A DNA stretch of 61,647 nucleotides, filler included, from Choristocarpus tenellus KU-1152 (Eukaryota > Protista > Phaeophyceae), in assembly GCA_964200185.2 (NCBI GenBank). It is 10 parts of 10 records of this genome, joined end to end, with 100 filler letters (N's around TTAATTAATTAA, not from the genome) between each part and the next. Parts side by side here need not be neighbours in the genome. Positions count along the whole stretch, not along the records: positions 1 to 2,909 come from CAXNAD020023723.1; positions 3,010 to 7,403 come from CAXNAD020014758.1; positions 7,504 to 13,443 come from CAXNAD020009361.1; 7 more parts are not named here. One strand, written 5' to 3'. Shown here piece after piece: positions 1 through 12,539 of this stretch. The position numbers were made by a program, and so were the translations under genes. Positions within the stretch are counted from its first letter, which is position 1; the number at the start of each line of letters is the position of its first letter. The notes under the pieces were generated by a model that saw only the letters and a list, made by a program, of their open reading frames with translations, made no database searches and was not told where the DNA came from.

Positions 1-155
1 GGGGGTCTACACCAGGGTGTCCATTCGGGCCCTGATTAGGACAAGTGCACTTACATTATCCATCCGACGCATTCAACCAAATCACCAAATAATCGCGACA
101 TGGAAAAATGGGCCCCGAACGGACAGCCGTGACCCCCCCCCAGATTCTTTGAGCC
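1..155. mobile_element. MITE family B copy, truncated by window start
   Basis: Aligns by eye with the complete copy at 36045-36213; ends CCCCCCCCCAGATTCTTTGAGCC. Confidence 0.8.
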
Positions 156-2067
156 TCAATTTTGTTGTTCTGCCACTGTAGGTCTACCAATATCCGCGAA
201 AGATTTAATGTCTTGTTCCAGCACTCTGTACACAAGATCCACAGAGTGCAAGCGATGGCCTTCAATTCAATCTCCCCTCAATTTGAGTATTACGGAAGGC
301 AGAGTAGGTCACCTGGCTGAGGGACGAGTCGGAAAGACGAATTTTTCCCCATGCTAGGCTTGCTTCATGCTTTCGTTCGTGCTCCACTCGGTCCACCACT
401 CCTGCCAATCAATGCTCAACTACTGTTTACATGAACAATTGCACCAGAAGAGGGTAGAAAGCACAACAGACTACCCTTCTCCGTAGTTAAAGGCATCTTA
501 TCTTACTTCATCTGTCCCAATGTTTCTCACCTAGTGTGTTTTGAATCCCTTTGCTGAGCCACTTGATACCTACCATCCAAATATTTTCCTCTCGTAACCC
601 CTAAGAATCTTTGATCTATCTCACTTCAGGATTACTGGAGATATGTGATATAGAAGCATCGTGTCTTGAAATGCTGCTTCATAAAGGACAAATAAAATGT
701 GTTTGGTTTACCAACGGGGCCCCTTGTGCTCTATCCAAATGGAGACTAAGTCAGACGCGTACAGGGGACTGCACTTTTGTAGTCATTTCTTTCTGGAGAC
801 TGGTATAGGTACTTGTGGAATGTGTTGGTCAGGTGGCCAAGATGTGGAGGGAAACATTTTCAAATCCTTGGCTCACCCTCCTCTCTTACTCAAATACAAC
901 TCGCAAAGATCTCCTGCACGACAAAGACTTTCTACTGGATTTGATGGAGCGATTTTAGTAGTCACTTTCTCCTGCTAATGAGATTCCTCGAATCATGGCC
1001 AATGAATGCCGACCACTCCAACCAACAACAAAGAAAAAATCCATGGCAGTGGTTGAGGTCCACTACTGCTTCACATGTAGAAGCTTGAACACGTGCAGAT
1101 TGTAATTGTATAACTAGTAATCATCTTTGCAATCTTGCATACTAAACATAATCATACTCATGGAATGAGGTTTACATAATATGTTGTAGCAAGATTCTCA
1201 TGGGTTTGTCTGGATCATGCTCTTCTCTTCCCCATTCAGACATTTTTTACCAGACAATAGCTTCCGCCTTTCCCTTTGACCTTCATAGGTGACCTTTTTA
1301 CCTCCTTACCCCTGAACAAATATCCCTCAGGCTGTGGCAATCATTGGAGCTAGCAGAGCTCCCCTTCCAACACTGCCCCCATCATCCACCCCCACCACAT
1401 TTTCTTCCACCAACACCAGCAGTGGACACAACATCGACACCCTACAATACAGCCAATGGGCGAGCCCCACACCATCAACCTGCCTGGACGGCATTGTGCA
1501 CCCCGACCATCCATTGGGCTCGAGCAGGGCAGGGACAGAATCCAGGGTAGGACCTGGGGTGGATAGGAGGAGGGGTATAGCAAGTGTTGCAGAGGAGCAA
1601 GTTCGAGTGTGGCAGGGACAATGCCTAGATTCATTGTCACTAGCGGCTGGTGTGATACCAGTGCCAGGCAGTGGAGAGGGAGGGAGGAAGCTGATCATGC
1701 TGAGGCAAGAGCAAGAGAGGTTGACACAAAGGAAAACTGCAGCGACAACTGGAATAGGTGCAAGTGGCATACCACCTTGGGGATCGTCTGACCCTTTTCT
1801 TAGGCAAGTATGTTTCTTTCAGGGTTAGGTTAATCTAGGAACCGACATGTTTTTTTTGCGGCAAGATTGTGTGTGAGTAAGTGTTGTGTGGATATTTCGG
1901 TGCATATCTGTGTGAGTATCCCATTGGTGTAGAGGGGTGTCTCTTTGTCTGCATAGGGGATGGGAATCTTGTGTTGGTAGGGCAAAGTCACAATATACAA
2001 TGTTGTTGCACTCTATTTCTGCGGTCTATCCTGTTCACCTGAAAAAGGGGTCAGCTATGAGATGTTA

Positions 2068-2615
2068 GGGGGGATATCCTTAACATTATGAGTGGATCGC
2101 TATCATGATGGGATAAAGTTTAGGCTTGGGTTAGGGCTTATTTGGGGTTGGATCTGTGCTCCACAAACAAAATTTCCAGGGAATATGGTTACATTGAAGT
2201 TCAAAGCAAATTTTGTTCTCTCAATCTCTTGCTCTTTGTTTAAACACAGACCGTAGTGGTGGGGGGATCCCTAGCACTATGAGAGGACCATATACAGGTC
2301 AAGAATAAGGCTAGGGCTAAGGTTGGAGATTGTTGAAGATTTGATGTTTATATCATGTACAATCTATGCAGGTCATGTCAAACATCAAACTTTGTGATCT
2401 TTTGTTCCCTCAATATCTGCTCTCTGTTTAAGTCAGATGGGGGGCAGGGGCAGCCTAGTACTAAGAGAGGATCACATGCAGGTCGGGATTAAGGTTAGGG
2501 AATAGGTTTGGGCTTGTTAGGGATTGGGTTTGTGCATCGTATACAAGCTTTGCAGGATATGCATTAACATCGTGGTTTATTTCATTTCCTTGCTATCGTG
2601 TGTTCTGTTTATATG
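2068..2615. repeat. Degenerate tandem repeat, about 3 units of ~185 bp
   Basis: Recurring G-run + CCTAG(C/T)ACTATGAGAGGA-like motif, GGTTAGGG-like tract and TTTTGTTC(T/C)CTCAAT...TGTTTA at ~2068, ~2260, ~2440. Confidence 0.65.
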
Positions 2616-2909
2616 CATAAAATAACCTCATTACATTTGCAATGGGGGAAGGGACTGGGGAGATATTCTATTGTGGACATTGCTGCTGCTCTGCGTATTT
2701 GTATTTATGAGGGTTGTAGGTGTTGTGTTGAGCATGAGGGGGGAATATATATGTAGTTTGGTGTATATTTGTATGTGAATACTGGAATATTTCTTGAATT
2801 TTAGGGGGGGAGGGGTGTGGTGGAAACGCAGTTGTTGCCCTGGTACTGTTTATTCTTCCGCATATAAAGAATTGGGAAGGGTAGGGCATACATCAATGCC
2901 ATCTTGAAA

Positions 2910-3009
2910 NNNNNNNNNNNNNNNNNNNNNNNNNNNNNNNNNNNNNNNNNNNNTTAATTAATTAANNNNNNNNNNNNNNNNNNNNNNNNNNNNNNNNNNN
3001 NNNNNNNNN
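2910..3009. other. Artificial contig-joining spacer (N44-TTAATTAATTAA-N44); identical spacers at 7404-7503, 13444-13543, 30863-30962, 33919-34018, 41667-41766, 45034-45133, 53110-53209, 56810-56909
   Basis: Nine identical 100-bp blocks with a palindromic linker that has stop codons in all six frames; an assembly concatenation artefact. Confidence 0.98.
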
Positions 3010-3211
3010 GTTCGATAATCTGGGAACTGGAATTGACTTGTACATCCTGGAAAGGTGAGCATCGAGGGCGCCTGTAACACATACACATTTTGCCTGCTCC
3101 AAACTTTTGGCTTGTTTTGCGGTAGGTAAAATATCGTAAAAAATCCGTGGGAAGCCAAGCCCCAAACGGATAAACAGGGTAAAACTCGTACCCTCTAAGA
3201 TGCTTTCACTC
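3010..3211. mobile_element. MITE family A (Sola2-like termini), left end lost at contig edge
   Basis: Ends AAAACTCGTACCCTCTAAGATGCTTTCACTC; internal sequence matches the other copies. Confidence 0.85.
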
Positions 3212-5417
3212 CATGTGAATATATAATCTTAGTGTTACAAGGGACTTGTGGTCTCGATTCCACTGACTGAACTTGTGGGAGTCACAATTGGTAGCACTCA
3301 CTACTATTCATATAGTGTCGGGTTTGCAATCGTCTACACTAATTTACTATGAATCACATATTTAGTTGTCTTCAGTATTGCAAGCGTGTATCTAGAGCAT
3401 AATACAATTTAATGGACAGTAGTGAGTCAATACATACGGTATATCTATCACTGGCTCTCCATCCAAATATCTACTCCACTGGTGGTATCTATGGTGTATC
3501 AGAAGCACTATCCACGGACATCTGATCCTTTTGAGGTCTGACAAGATGCAAAGGATTGTATTTCACATCTTCAGGATATAGGTTAGTGATTCTTGTTGCG
3601 ACATCCAGTCGACTTTCCTTCAGGATACCTTCCTCCTGATGTACCACTTTGTCATGGTCCCCTGTTCCTGCCACAAGGAGTGTAAAACCATGTGATCAAT
3701 TGAATGAGGACAAAAGATAAGCAGATAAGGAGTGTTGATAGAGAGCATGGGAAGGACGTTTGTTGTTCGTGTTCCACGAGGGACTTGGTAGTCAAGGATG
3801 AAATTTTTAACGTCAAGAACAAGCAAGTTTAGGATGGGATATGTTTGTGTTCCAAGTGTCTAGCTTATAGAGACCAAATTTCATAGCGAGAACAGATAAT
3901 TTGTCAAAATCCGAAATATTATGATCTTTTGATGAACTAGCAAGAATGAGGGAAAACGTCCACAGTGAAGTGTGCTACACCTCAAACAGTTTCAGGAAAA
4001 ATATGAGCGAAGTCAAAATTAACAATCTCTACCAATTAAGAGGAAACAGGAACGGCGGAAGTGAAAAAAATACCTTGATCCCTAAGAACAGATGGGTAAG
4101 CTTCATCTGCACCTCGTTTAACCTAATTAAGCGTTGCACCCTTCAAGCCCCTGACGAGTTTGAGGAAGGCATCACCTTCATCCACATCTTTAAGCAGCAC
4201 ACTTCTCTTCACCTGTTCATGTTGAATATGAATAACAACGAACTTTGCACATATGTTGTTTGTCACAAAAAGGATTGCAAATTGTTGAAGAACTAGAAAA
4301 ATTGAATGAACTTGGATCATCATAACATCTGGGAGTTGTACCTGTTTAGGTAGGACATAAGTTTCTTTCTTAGGCTTCTTCTTAGCCATCACCTTAATGC
4401 CGTCCATATCGGCATTTGTATTGCCTCTTTGTGTACTGCCCCTCTCATAAAAACATTTTCGGATGCATTCCCGTCAGATAAGTGTTTCTCAGTTTGTCTA
4501 CAACGAGGGATAGGTCTACATCCTCCTCTTCCTCATCCCTACAGATTAAGTTTACGGTGTTGGCCTCGTGTTTCTCCTGGAGGCCATTCTAGTCCCTTTT
4601 CTTCTTGGTGTCTCTTGTGGGAAGTTATTTCTACTATTTTGTTTGAATTCGATAGAACCTAGGTCGTACTGATTGCACAGTTTGACCATCCGCCCGTGTT
4701 TCAGGCCCTCTGTGCTCAGAGTCGTTATCTTCGTTCTGGAGGTATGGGATACATGTTGTGTAGCTTGAAGCTTGCAACACAGTGGTGAAACATGTCCCTG
4801 ACCTACTAGACCATCCTGCTGAAGATGGCCGCCCCAACATTGGGTACATCTGAGTGGTTGGAACAGACTCCCTCCCTAATAGAAAATAACTTTACAATTT
4901 CCTTGTCATTCTTCGGCTATTTAGAGCTTCCAGGAATATTTGTTGTTCACATCTTTTTCAAGGAGTGTAGGATGTACAGGTGAAGCCTGGTGTGAAAACA
5001 TTTCAAGATTCCACAATGTCAGAGGGAGGTTCTTGGTTCCAGCGATGATAGAAAGAACCCTTAGAACCATCACCCCCGCCTGGTGTTGACCGTTAAGGCA
5101 GTGCAGAAAGTTATCATCTTTGGGATGTTTCAATCAATTCTTGGAGTCCTGAATCAAAGATTCGGTCTGTATGTGTACTGGTTGAAGAAGATGCTGATGG
5201 AGAATTCTTCTTTTGCCCCCCCCCTTTGTCATGGAGATCCTGGTATCCTATAGACGGTCCAACTTTTGTTGGTGGTGGTGTCGAAGCAGAGTTCCTTAGA
5301 GTCAAGAATTGCAGACGGAGATTTACAAAGTGGAAAAGGACGGACATATGTTGGTGCGATGATGTTCATTGGTGTTTCTTTGCAGGACAAGAATCTGAAA
5401 ATTTGTGTCAAAATCCG

Positions 5418-5930
5418 TGTTGAAAAGCTTAGTGTATGAAAGGCTCATCACCCAAAGCCACTCGTGGAGTTACATGGTAAATATACATTGAATTATTAAT
5501 TGCCTGCCAGCCATCCGTTATCACTGATGTACAAACGAATACTGACTCATCATACCGAGCCAAAGTATCTTAGAGGGTAGAGTCGCGTCCATTTGGGAAT
5601 CAAAACCAGATGTTGCGGTTTTGATGTAATTTTGGCTATCGTGTTTTTCACGAATTGTCAATATCTATGTTTCGGACACACCTTTTCATAAAGTACACAT
5701 TTTGCCTACTCCTAAACATTTTGGAGTAGCAAAATGTAAAAAAAACCCCATGGGAAGTCAAGCCCCAAATGGACAAAGAGGGCAAAACTCGTACCCTCTA
5801 AGATACTTTCATCATACCACTATGCACCTCTCACTACTTTGCATTGTACCGAACCAAAGAAATACATTAAACTATGTTATATTCTTGTATCAGCACATGC
5901 AACGTAAGGATCACACTGGGTTATTTGACA
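5418..5930 (-). mobile_element. 3' LTR of a Ty1/copia retrotransposon (~255 bp net, interrupted by a MITE)
   Basis: TG...CA termini; preceded on the minus strand by polypurine tract AAGGGGGAA (5931-5939) and the pol 3' end; similar to LTRs at 42247-42496 and 7345-7403. Confidence 0.85.
5557..5814. mobile_element. MITE family A, complete, inserted in the copia LTR
   Basis: TIR GAGCCAAAGTATCTTAGAGGGTA / TACCCTCTAAGATACTTTCATCA; TACC duplicated at 5553-5556 and 5815-5818. Confidence 0.9.
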
Positions 5931-6005
5931 TTCCCCCCTTGCTGAAAACAAGTATTAACTCTTAAACAATCACACCAATAAAAATACTGCACACATGTCA
6001 TCACT

Positions 6006-6950
6006 CTACATGTTCATCAAAAAAATTACAAGTTGTCAAAAAATATTTCTGGCAAATTCTTGGTTAACACATCTGCCCTTTGGTTTCCAGTACCAAAATT
6101 AAAAAACTCGAATCTCTCCTTTTCTAGCCAAGTCCTCAAAAAAATGGTATCGACATCAATGTGCTTTGTTCTAGTAGAGTTTGTATTGCTTCGTACTAGT
6201 TTGCATGCACCATTGTTGCCCTCAAATATGTCAATGCAACGCCTAGAGAACTATGGCTGAATAATCTCAAAAACAATTCGTAAGAAAAGCAATTCACGTG
6301 CCACACCGCTAAGGGCTATATACTCACTCTCCGTTGAAGACAGAGCTACAACGTTTTGAACCTTCGACATCCAAGATACTGCTCCTCTGGCAAACATTAT
6401 TCCTCCTCCAGCCACTTATCTACGATCATTACAGTCTCCAGCATAACTAGCATTAGTATATGCACTCAACTCACACTCAGTATCAAAACCCCCAAAACTC
6501 AGAATCAAAGTATCTTAGAGGGTAGAGCCGCATCTGTTTGGGCGCCAAAACCCAATGTTGCGGTTTTGAAGTAATTTTGGCTATCGTGTTTGTTAGGAAG
6601 TGCCAATATCCTTGTCCCAGACTCACTTTTTGATAATGTATATATGAACACGTCGAAAGACAAACCCCAAAAAGGACAAACGGGGTAAAACTCTTACCCT
6701 CTAAGATATATTTTCACTCTCAAAATCCAAAACTATGACGCGTATTTAATATATGATGAATTACACTTAACTGCACGAGTGTAGCTTTGGGATTACTACT
6801 GTACTTGACAACCTCACGAACTGCATTTTCAATGTATAGCCTCGTCATAACAGCTGGCCACATTAAACTACCAAGTGCCTCTCTGTACAGTGTGTTTTCA
6901 TCAACATTTGGATGATCCTCATTCTTGTTTAAAGTCCTTGAGAGATCATG
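6006..6950 (-). pseudogene. Degenerate Ty1/copia pol 3' end (RT C-terminus + RNase H)
   Basis: Manual translation gives YREALGSLMW..TR, AYTNASYAGD, SWMSKVQNVVALSSTESEYIAL, IFEGNNGA, RTKHIDV, QRADVLTK; contains stops and frameshifts. Confidence 0.9.
6502..6719. mobile_element. MITE family A with internal deletion, inserted in copia pol
   Basis: GAATCAAAGTATCTTAGAGGGTA ... TACCCTCTAAGATATATTTTCACTC. Confidence 0.88.
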
Positions 6951-7344
6951 GGGTACCGCCCTCTAGTCCTCGGGAGATGTGAAAGGAAAAACGCAGATAA
7001 CAACACCTAAAACACCACAACTATCTCGCCCTCATCCTTCATCAAGTAGATCGTGAGGGTACGAGATTGAATGCTCGATGTGGGACTAGTGTGACAGACG
7101 CCAAAATAACATGCACCCACTCATCGTGGCCTACATTGAATATTAAATCAATCATGCCGTACCCCATAATGGTTAGTGATGTGCCATATATCAAAGTACC
7201 ATATTTCTTAACCATACAAGCTTACCTTGCCATGGTCGGCACAATGGCTGATGTGGCCTCAAAGTTTCTCCCTCTTCCTTTCCTAGCTGGCGCCTCCTCT
7301 GGTCCAGCTAACTCATCCGGTGACTTGACGGCATCGCCTATCCC

Positions 7345-7403
7345 TGTTGAGAAGCTTGGCGCACGTAAGGCTCGTCGCCGGAAGCTAGCAGTTGAATTAC
7401 ATG
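7345..7403 (-). mobile_element. Copia LTR fragment cut by contig end
   Basis: TGTTGAGAAGCTTG...GCTCGTCGCCGGAAGCTAGC.GTTGAATTACATG is nearly identical to 42247-42305. Confidence 0.8.
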
Positions 7404-7503
7404 NNNNNNNNNNNNNNNNNNNNNNNNNNNNNNNNNNNNNNNNNNNNTTAATTAATTAANNNNNNNNNNNNNNNNNNNNNNNNNNNNNNNNNNNNNNNNN
7501 NNN

Positions 7504-8839
7504 CGTGTACCACACGATGCCCTGTGCTGCAGGTGAGCTATGCCTGTTTCCCGACATGACCCCAAAAGAACCTAACGGCCATGTATACCAAGGAGGGTGT
7601 GGTGGCCGACTCCACAGTACCTGTGGTGAAGTGGAGCCGGAGAGCGGCAACGAATTGCACCGCATCTGCCCCACATGCGTTGCTGCCAACCAGTCTGCCA
7701 ACCAGTCCTCGCAAGCTAGCAAGCGCAAACTTGGTGCGGCATCTTCCTTGGGAAAGCCTGGAGCAGCCAAGAAAGCAGCATGCACGTCCCGCGGACGGCT
7801 GACTCTGGGACAGAAGCTGGAAGTTGTGGAGCTGCTGGGCCAAAAGGTTACTCACACCGAGATAGCTCGGAGGTACAGCTGCAGCACGAGAACAGCGTCG
7901 AACATCGCCAGTAGCAAGGAACAACTGAAGAATCGGGGCGCCACGGCCTCAGAATGCGAGATCAACGCCAAGGCCATGAGAAAAGTGCCTCCGCCTTATT
8001 CGGAACTTTCTTCCCACTTCCATCACTTGGAGACCATCGCTGAGAAAATGGCATGCAGGAGGCCGCTTTCCACCTACAGAAGGCCAGGAAGGCCTGTACA
8101 ACAGACAGACATTAGAGCCTTTGCGAGCCTGCCAGAGAGGGATATGTAGTGGAGAGCGGGGTGGTAGTGGTTCAGTGTCTTAATTCCAGCTGTAATTTTT
8201 CTTGATTTTCAGGTGTATCGCTGGTGGTCCTGTTCAGTTACGGTTCGGTGTAGAAGCAACGAGTAGGCTTGGGCATGGGCAGTCAGTCCTCCTGCTCTGC
8301 GCTCTGACGCATGGTGGATTTTGAGTGCGGTGTGCGGTGATACGAGTCAGTATGAATGGATTGTCGTCAGGGCTCTGAGCATGAGCCGTACTCTGAAACG
8401 TATCGTGTATTGCAATGATATGCGTGAGATACAACAACACTACAGCAGGACCATACTGCTGTTATTCCCTTTCTGGATACAGTATGTACTGTACAGTACT
8501 GCTGTACATTGCCCAGTACCGCTGTCTATGCAATATGACACAATGTGCATGGTACGGAATGCGCTGCCACAAACACAACAGTTACAGCTTCATACAGCAG
8601 TACAGTACCAGAAACAAGCAGCCGCGACCGTCCTTTCATCACACTCCATATTATCCATGTGGTCGCACGCGTTGCTTTTGTGCGGTAGACGATACTGCCG
8701 TACAAGGTATGTGTTTACGGTGTGTCATTACTCTGAAATACGCACGTATGTAGATGATTTCCTCGAATAGTGCGGGGTCCTGTAACAGTGCGGTAAATGC
8801 TTCTTGTCACTACACCACACTAAAGTGGGACCGTTACTG
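7504..8839 (+). mobile_element. Internally deleted pogo/Tigger-type (Tc1/mariner) DNA transposon, left end missing
   Basis: Carries a CENP-B/psq-type HTH ORF; candidate right terminus ...GGGACCGTTACTG followed by TA (8840-8841), as expected for CAGT...ACTG/TA pogo elements. Confidence 0.6.
7517..8149 (+). CDS. Truncated pogo-like transposase: Cys/His (PHD-like) finger + CENP-B N-terminal/psq HTH, no DDE domain
   Basis: CAAGELC..GH....CGGRLHSTC..ICPTC, then RGRLTLGQKLEVVELLGQKVTHTEIARRYSCSTRTASNIASSKEQLK; passes straight to a C-terminal tail. Confidence 0.7.
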   Translation: MPCAAGELCLFPDMTPKEPNGHVYQGGCGGRLHSTCGEVEPESGNELHRICPTCVAANQSANQSSQASKRKLGAASSLGKPGAAKKAACTSRGRLTLGQKLEVVELLGQKVTHTEIARRYSCSTRTASNIASSKEQLKNRGATASECEINAKAMRKVPPPYSELSSHFHHLETIAEKMACRRPLSTYRRPGRPVQQTDIRAFASLPERDM

Positions 8840-9959
8840 TATTGTAGCGCAATATGATACGATATGTAGTGTATAATATCAACACTGACAAGTGCAGAGA
8901 TGATACAGGAGATCCTACAGACTACAACCTATCAAAACACAGCGCACCTAACTGGGGAAGAGTTATTTGGTGTGCTCGACATTTTTCTAGAGGACTGAAC
9001 CATCAACAAGTTCCTCATGGTCAAGAGTGAACGGTGATTGGACATGCTTACGTAGGCTGCTGCATAGTGCATGTGCAATGGACAGTGAATGAAAATGCAC
9101 TCGTATCTTGCCACGTTCATCACTAGGCTGGTTGGTGTGCTGGATGAAGTAGGGGAAATTTTGAACTAACCTCCTTGGTAACAGGAGCTGAAGTGGACGT
9201 AGAGACCACTACATGTACATACTGGTTGGGGTTTAGTGTGCTACATCTACTACGAGACTCAATAGGTGGAGTGGGTGATATTAGCTTTTAGGATCTTCCC
9301 ACTTAAGGTATTTCTACATGTGTTGTTTCACGATATCTTCTTCTAAAACAAGAGTGTGTAGTGTAGCAAAGACGACGAAAAATAACCATACGCCAGTTGC
9401 TGACATCTCGCCTTTGAGTCCTCTTCGGCCCCATTGTTGACTATTTTCCTCAACCAACTGACTGAGCGTTTCTGTTATTCAGTGACGAGTCCACTTTGTA
9501 CGACTAGCAAATTACACAAAATTAGATGACAGGAGTGATTACGCCACTATTTGCCAAGGGCCCATCTTGGTTCACCACATCCTGTCTGTTGTACCTGTAC
9601 TGTCGCTTCGCTCATCTTTCCCCATCACATTATCAGTAAAGAAAAAATATATCGCCACTCACACTGAAAAATAATTCGCAGGTTCTCGTGATGTCACTGT
9701 ATATATCTCAGATATAGCACTGGTTGCAAACAGAAATATTAAACTCTTCAAAATTCATTATTGAATATATTAGGATATTTTGTTGTTTTGAGTTGAGTTT
9801 TCTCACTCCAACATCACCTACCTACTGTTCCCACACCACTCCATGAACGAAGCACCAAGTTGGGCATACGGTTTCACGTAATCAACATCTTATCTACCAT
9901 CGCTCTCCCGAAGTTGACTGATTAAACACTCCACGGGTGAACATGAAGGACTGAGGAGA

Positions 9960-12539
9960 ATGGCTTCTGGAATAGGTGTAACCGCCATCATCGCTTTCCT
10001 TCCTGGTGTCTTAACGCTTACATCTGCTCAGGGAAGTTTTGACGGATAGAGGTATTCTCGGAACGCCACTCTGGACGAGAACCTCGACATATTCTGGACA
10101 CTGGACACGGATTTGGATACCATCCAGCTCGCCGTTCATGCCAAGGCTGCAGCAGGTCGGGTCGGCTTTGGCATTGCTTGAGGTAGGGGGCATGGCCGGC
10201 TCGGACATTATATACTACGAAACGGAGTCTGGGAGCCTCACGGATTCCTTCGCCACGGGAAACGATTCGCCCACCAAGGACGAGAGCACGGCGGACTGGA
10301 CCTTAATGTCATCTGAGGAGGGCGCGGACTGGCTCGTGTTCGAAGCCGAACGCCTCCTGATCACAAACGATACGCAGGATTGGCCTCTTGTCAACGACAC
10401 TGTGGAAGGCGCTAGTCCTACACGGGTCATTGCGGCATGGGGGGATACGAGTGCAATCAGCTACCATGGCTTAACGAACCGGGTGACAGGTTCAGTAGTT
10501 TTCTATGGCGAGAGAAGCCCGGCTTCGGATCCGCTGGTGGACGTGAAGGGAGAAAGTGGCGTCAGTTACTTCGACGTAGCACCGGTGAGAAAATATGCAG
10601 GGGATTTTGAAGTTAGCCCTGAAGACTCTACAAAGTTGGTGTGTAGGTTTTACTGTTGACTGATTAGAATGATTACCTCTGCTTGGCTCGAAACGGCCCT
10701 CTTCCTAGTGGAACCTTCGTATCCTAACACTGCTTTGTTGTTTGTTGTGCTGTGGGGAAAGGGTTACAGCAACAAAACAATGAAAGAAGACGATGTCGAG
10801 CCAAACTTCAGCTTTAAATACACAATAGGAATAGGTTCATAGAGGAGTAATTCGGGTAAATTGTCACCTCTTCATCCATTTTTGCGATGCTGAAAAAAAG
10901 GCAGTTTGGCTCTGCACACCATCGTTTGGTCCGCATCGTGGCCTGCTCAAATGACCTCGTTCCTCGCTCGGTTTCTATACTCCATTTCCATACATATATG
11001 TTTCTCATAATTTGCACTGTCAGTTAATGCATCCAATTTGAAGCCTAACTAGATGTCATTGCCAATAGACCAGCACTTCTGCTCACTATACTGATGCACA
11101 ACTTCTGATACTAGTTGACTGGAATGTTTTCGTCGCTGTATGTACCCCCGCCATATTTTCAAAGAAATTCATCTACCCACATCAATTTGGTAAAAAATCT
11201 ACCACAACATCCAGTGCGTTCATTCTTCTCTCGACCCTGTTGTACAGGTCGATTTCGTCATACCGAACGACACAACAACTTACGAGGAAACATGCTTAAC
11301 ACAAGCAAATTTGGCTGCATTGGGTGTGCCCTCCACCGCCTTTCATATTGTCGGTTTCGAGGCAAATATCAACAGTGACACAGAGCCCCACGTCCATCAT
11401 CTGGTCATGAGAGCATTCATTGACGAGAACTGTGAAGGGTATTTTGGATTTGCGGATGTCTATGTGTGGGCTCCAGGTAGTGCATCAGGAGAAGCTCTCC
11501 CGGATGTGGCTGGTTTCCGGTTTGATGGTGGTGGAGGCCTTTCCGACTACAAGTCAATTTGGGTTGAGACACACTACGACAATCCGTCCAATATTGCTGG
11601 ATTGATGGACAGCTCAGGGGTTCGGGTGTATTATACTGAAAATCTTCGGCAATATGATGCTGGTACAATGCAGTTGGGGGACCCTTATGTAACATTGCAA
11701 GGAGAATACTTGCCAAATGGGCGTTCCTTATACTCCTTCAATTGCCCTTCGTCCTGCACACAAGGTTTCCAGGTGTGTTCACAATTATTATATCATACCT
11801 GTCTGTCTGCATTATGTTCTGTTGCAATATATTTTGTTATAATATCAATGTGGGTAGCATTCGTTCTACCAGGTATTATGTAGCCTCGAAATATTATGCT
11901 TCGAATACAGTCGGCCTTATTGTATAAATTGTGCATACATCAACAAATGGCATGCTGCTTGACCCTCTTCTATTACTGAGGTCCTTCATCCACCCCTGCC
12001 CACACCAGAATGACAGTGTCACCGTGTTTGGACATTTATTGCACATGCACGAAGCTGGGCGTCGGATGGAGACTCGCCAATATTGTGGTGACAAACTCAT
12101 CCGGTCCTCCGAAGTGGAGTACTACATGTTTTCTCAATCAGGAGCCTATCCTACCAGAACTGTGGGAGAGACCATTGAAAAGGGAGATTGGTTTGAGACT
12201 GACTGCTACTACGATTCAGGTACTGATGGGAAGATCTTCGGGCTTGCCTCGGAGAATGAGATGTGCATCGACTTCATCTTTTACTACCCGGTCCAGACTC
12301 TAGAATATCTTGGCTATTGTGGGCTTGGTGACCTGCGTGGTGGTGCCTTGACTGGTATTACTGAGTTGTCCAATGAGTCAGACTTTGGTCGTGAATTCGG
12401 CATCAGTATAATTGATGCCACTGATGATGATGTCACGTCGGCTGCAGTGGGCAAAGTTGATGTCAATTCTCAGGCGTTGATAGTCACTCTGTTACTGGGA
12501 GCAACATCTGCTGCACACTTGGTGCTCGCAGCATTGTAA
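9960..12539 (+). pseudogene. DOMON + copper type II ascorbate-dependent monooxygenase (MOXD1/DBH-like); exons 9960-10584, 11248-11772, 12009-12539
   Basis: Signal peptide from ATG 9960; DOMON motifs (VGFGIA-EVGGMAGSDI, LVFEAER, RVIAAWG); Cu ligands HVHH, ETHYDN, HMH, ENEMC; hydrophobic C-terminus; phase-0 GT-AG introns. In-frame TAG at 10047-10049 and +1 frameshift at ~10179. Confidence 0.88.

Noticed and set aside
600-1830. Possible Ty3/gypsy integrase or gag remnant
   Set aside because: Only a weak W...MDF-like resemblance amid many stops; not supportable by eye.
2910-3009. Repeated TTAATTAATTAA palindrome as a biological site (e.g. piggyBac TTAA target)
   Set aside because: Always centred in identical N44 pads; it is an artificial linker, and ORFs running into these spacers are artefacts.
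8321-8770. 149-aa and 112-aa ORFs
   Set aside because: No motifs; they lie in the noncoding 3' part of the pogo element.
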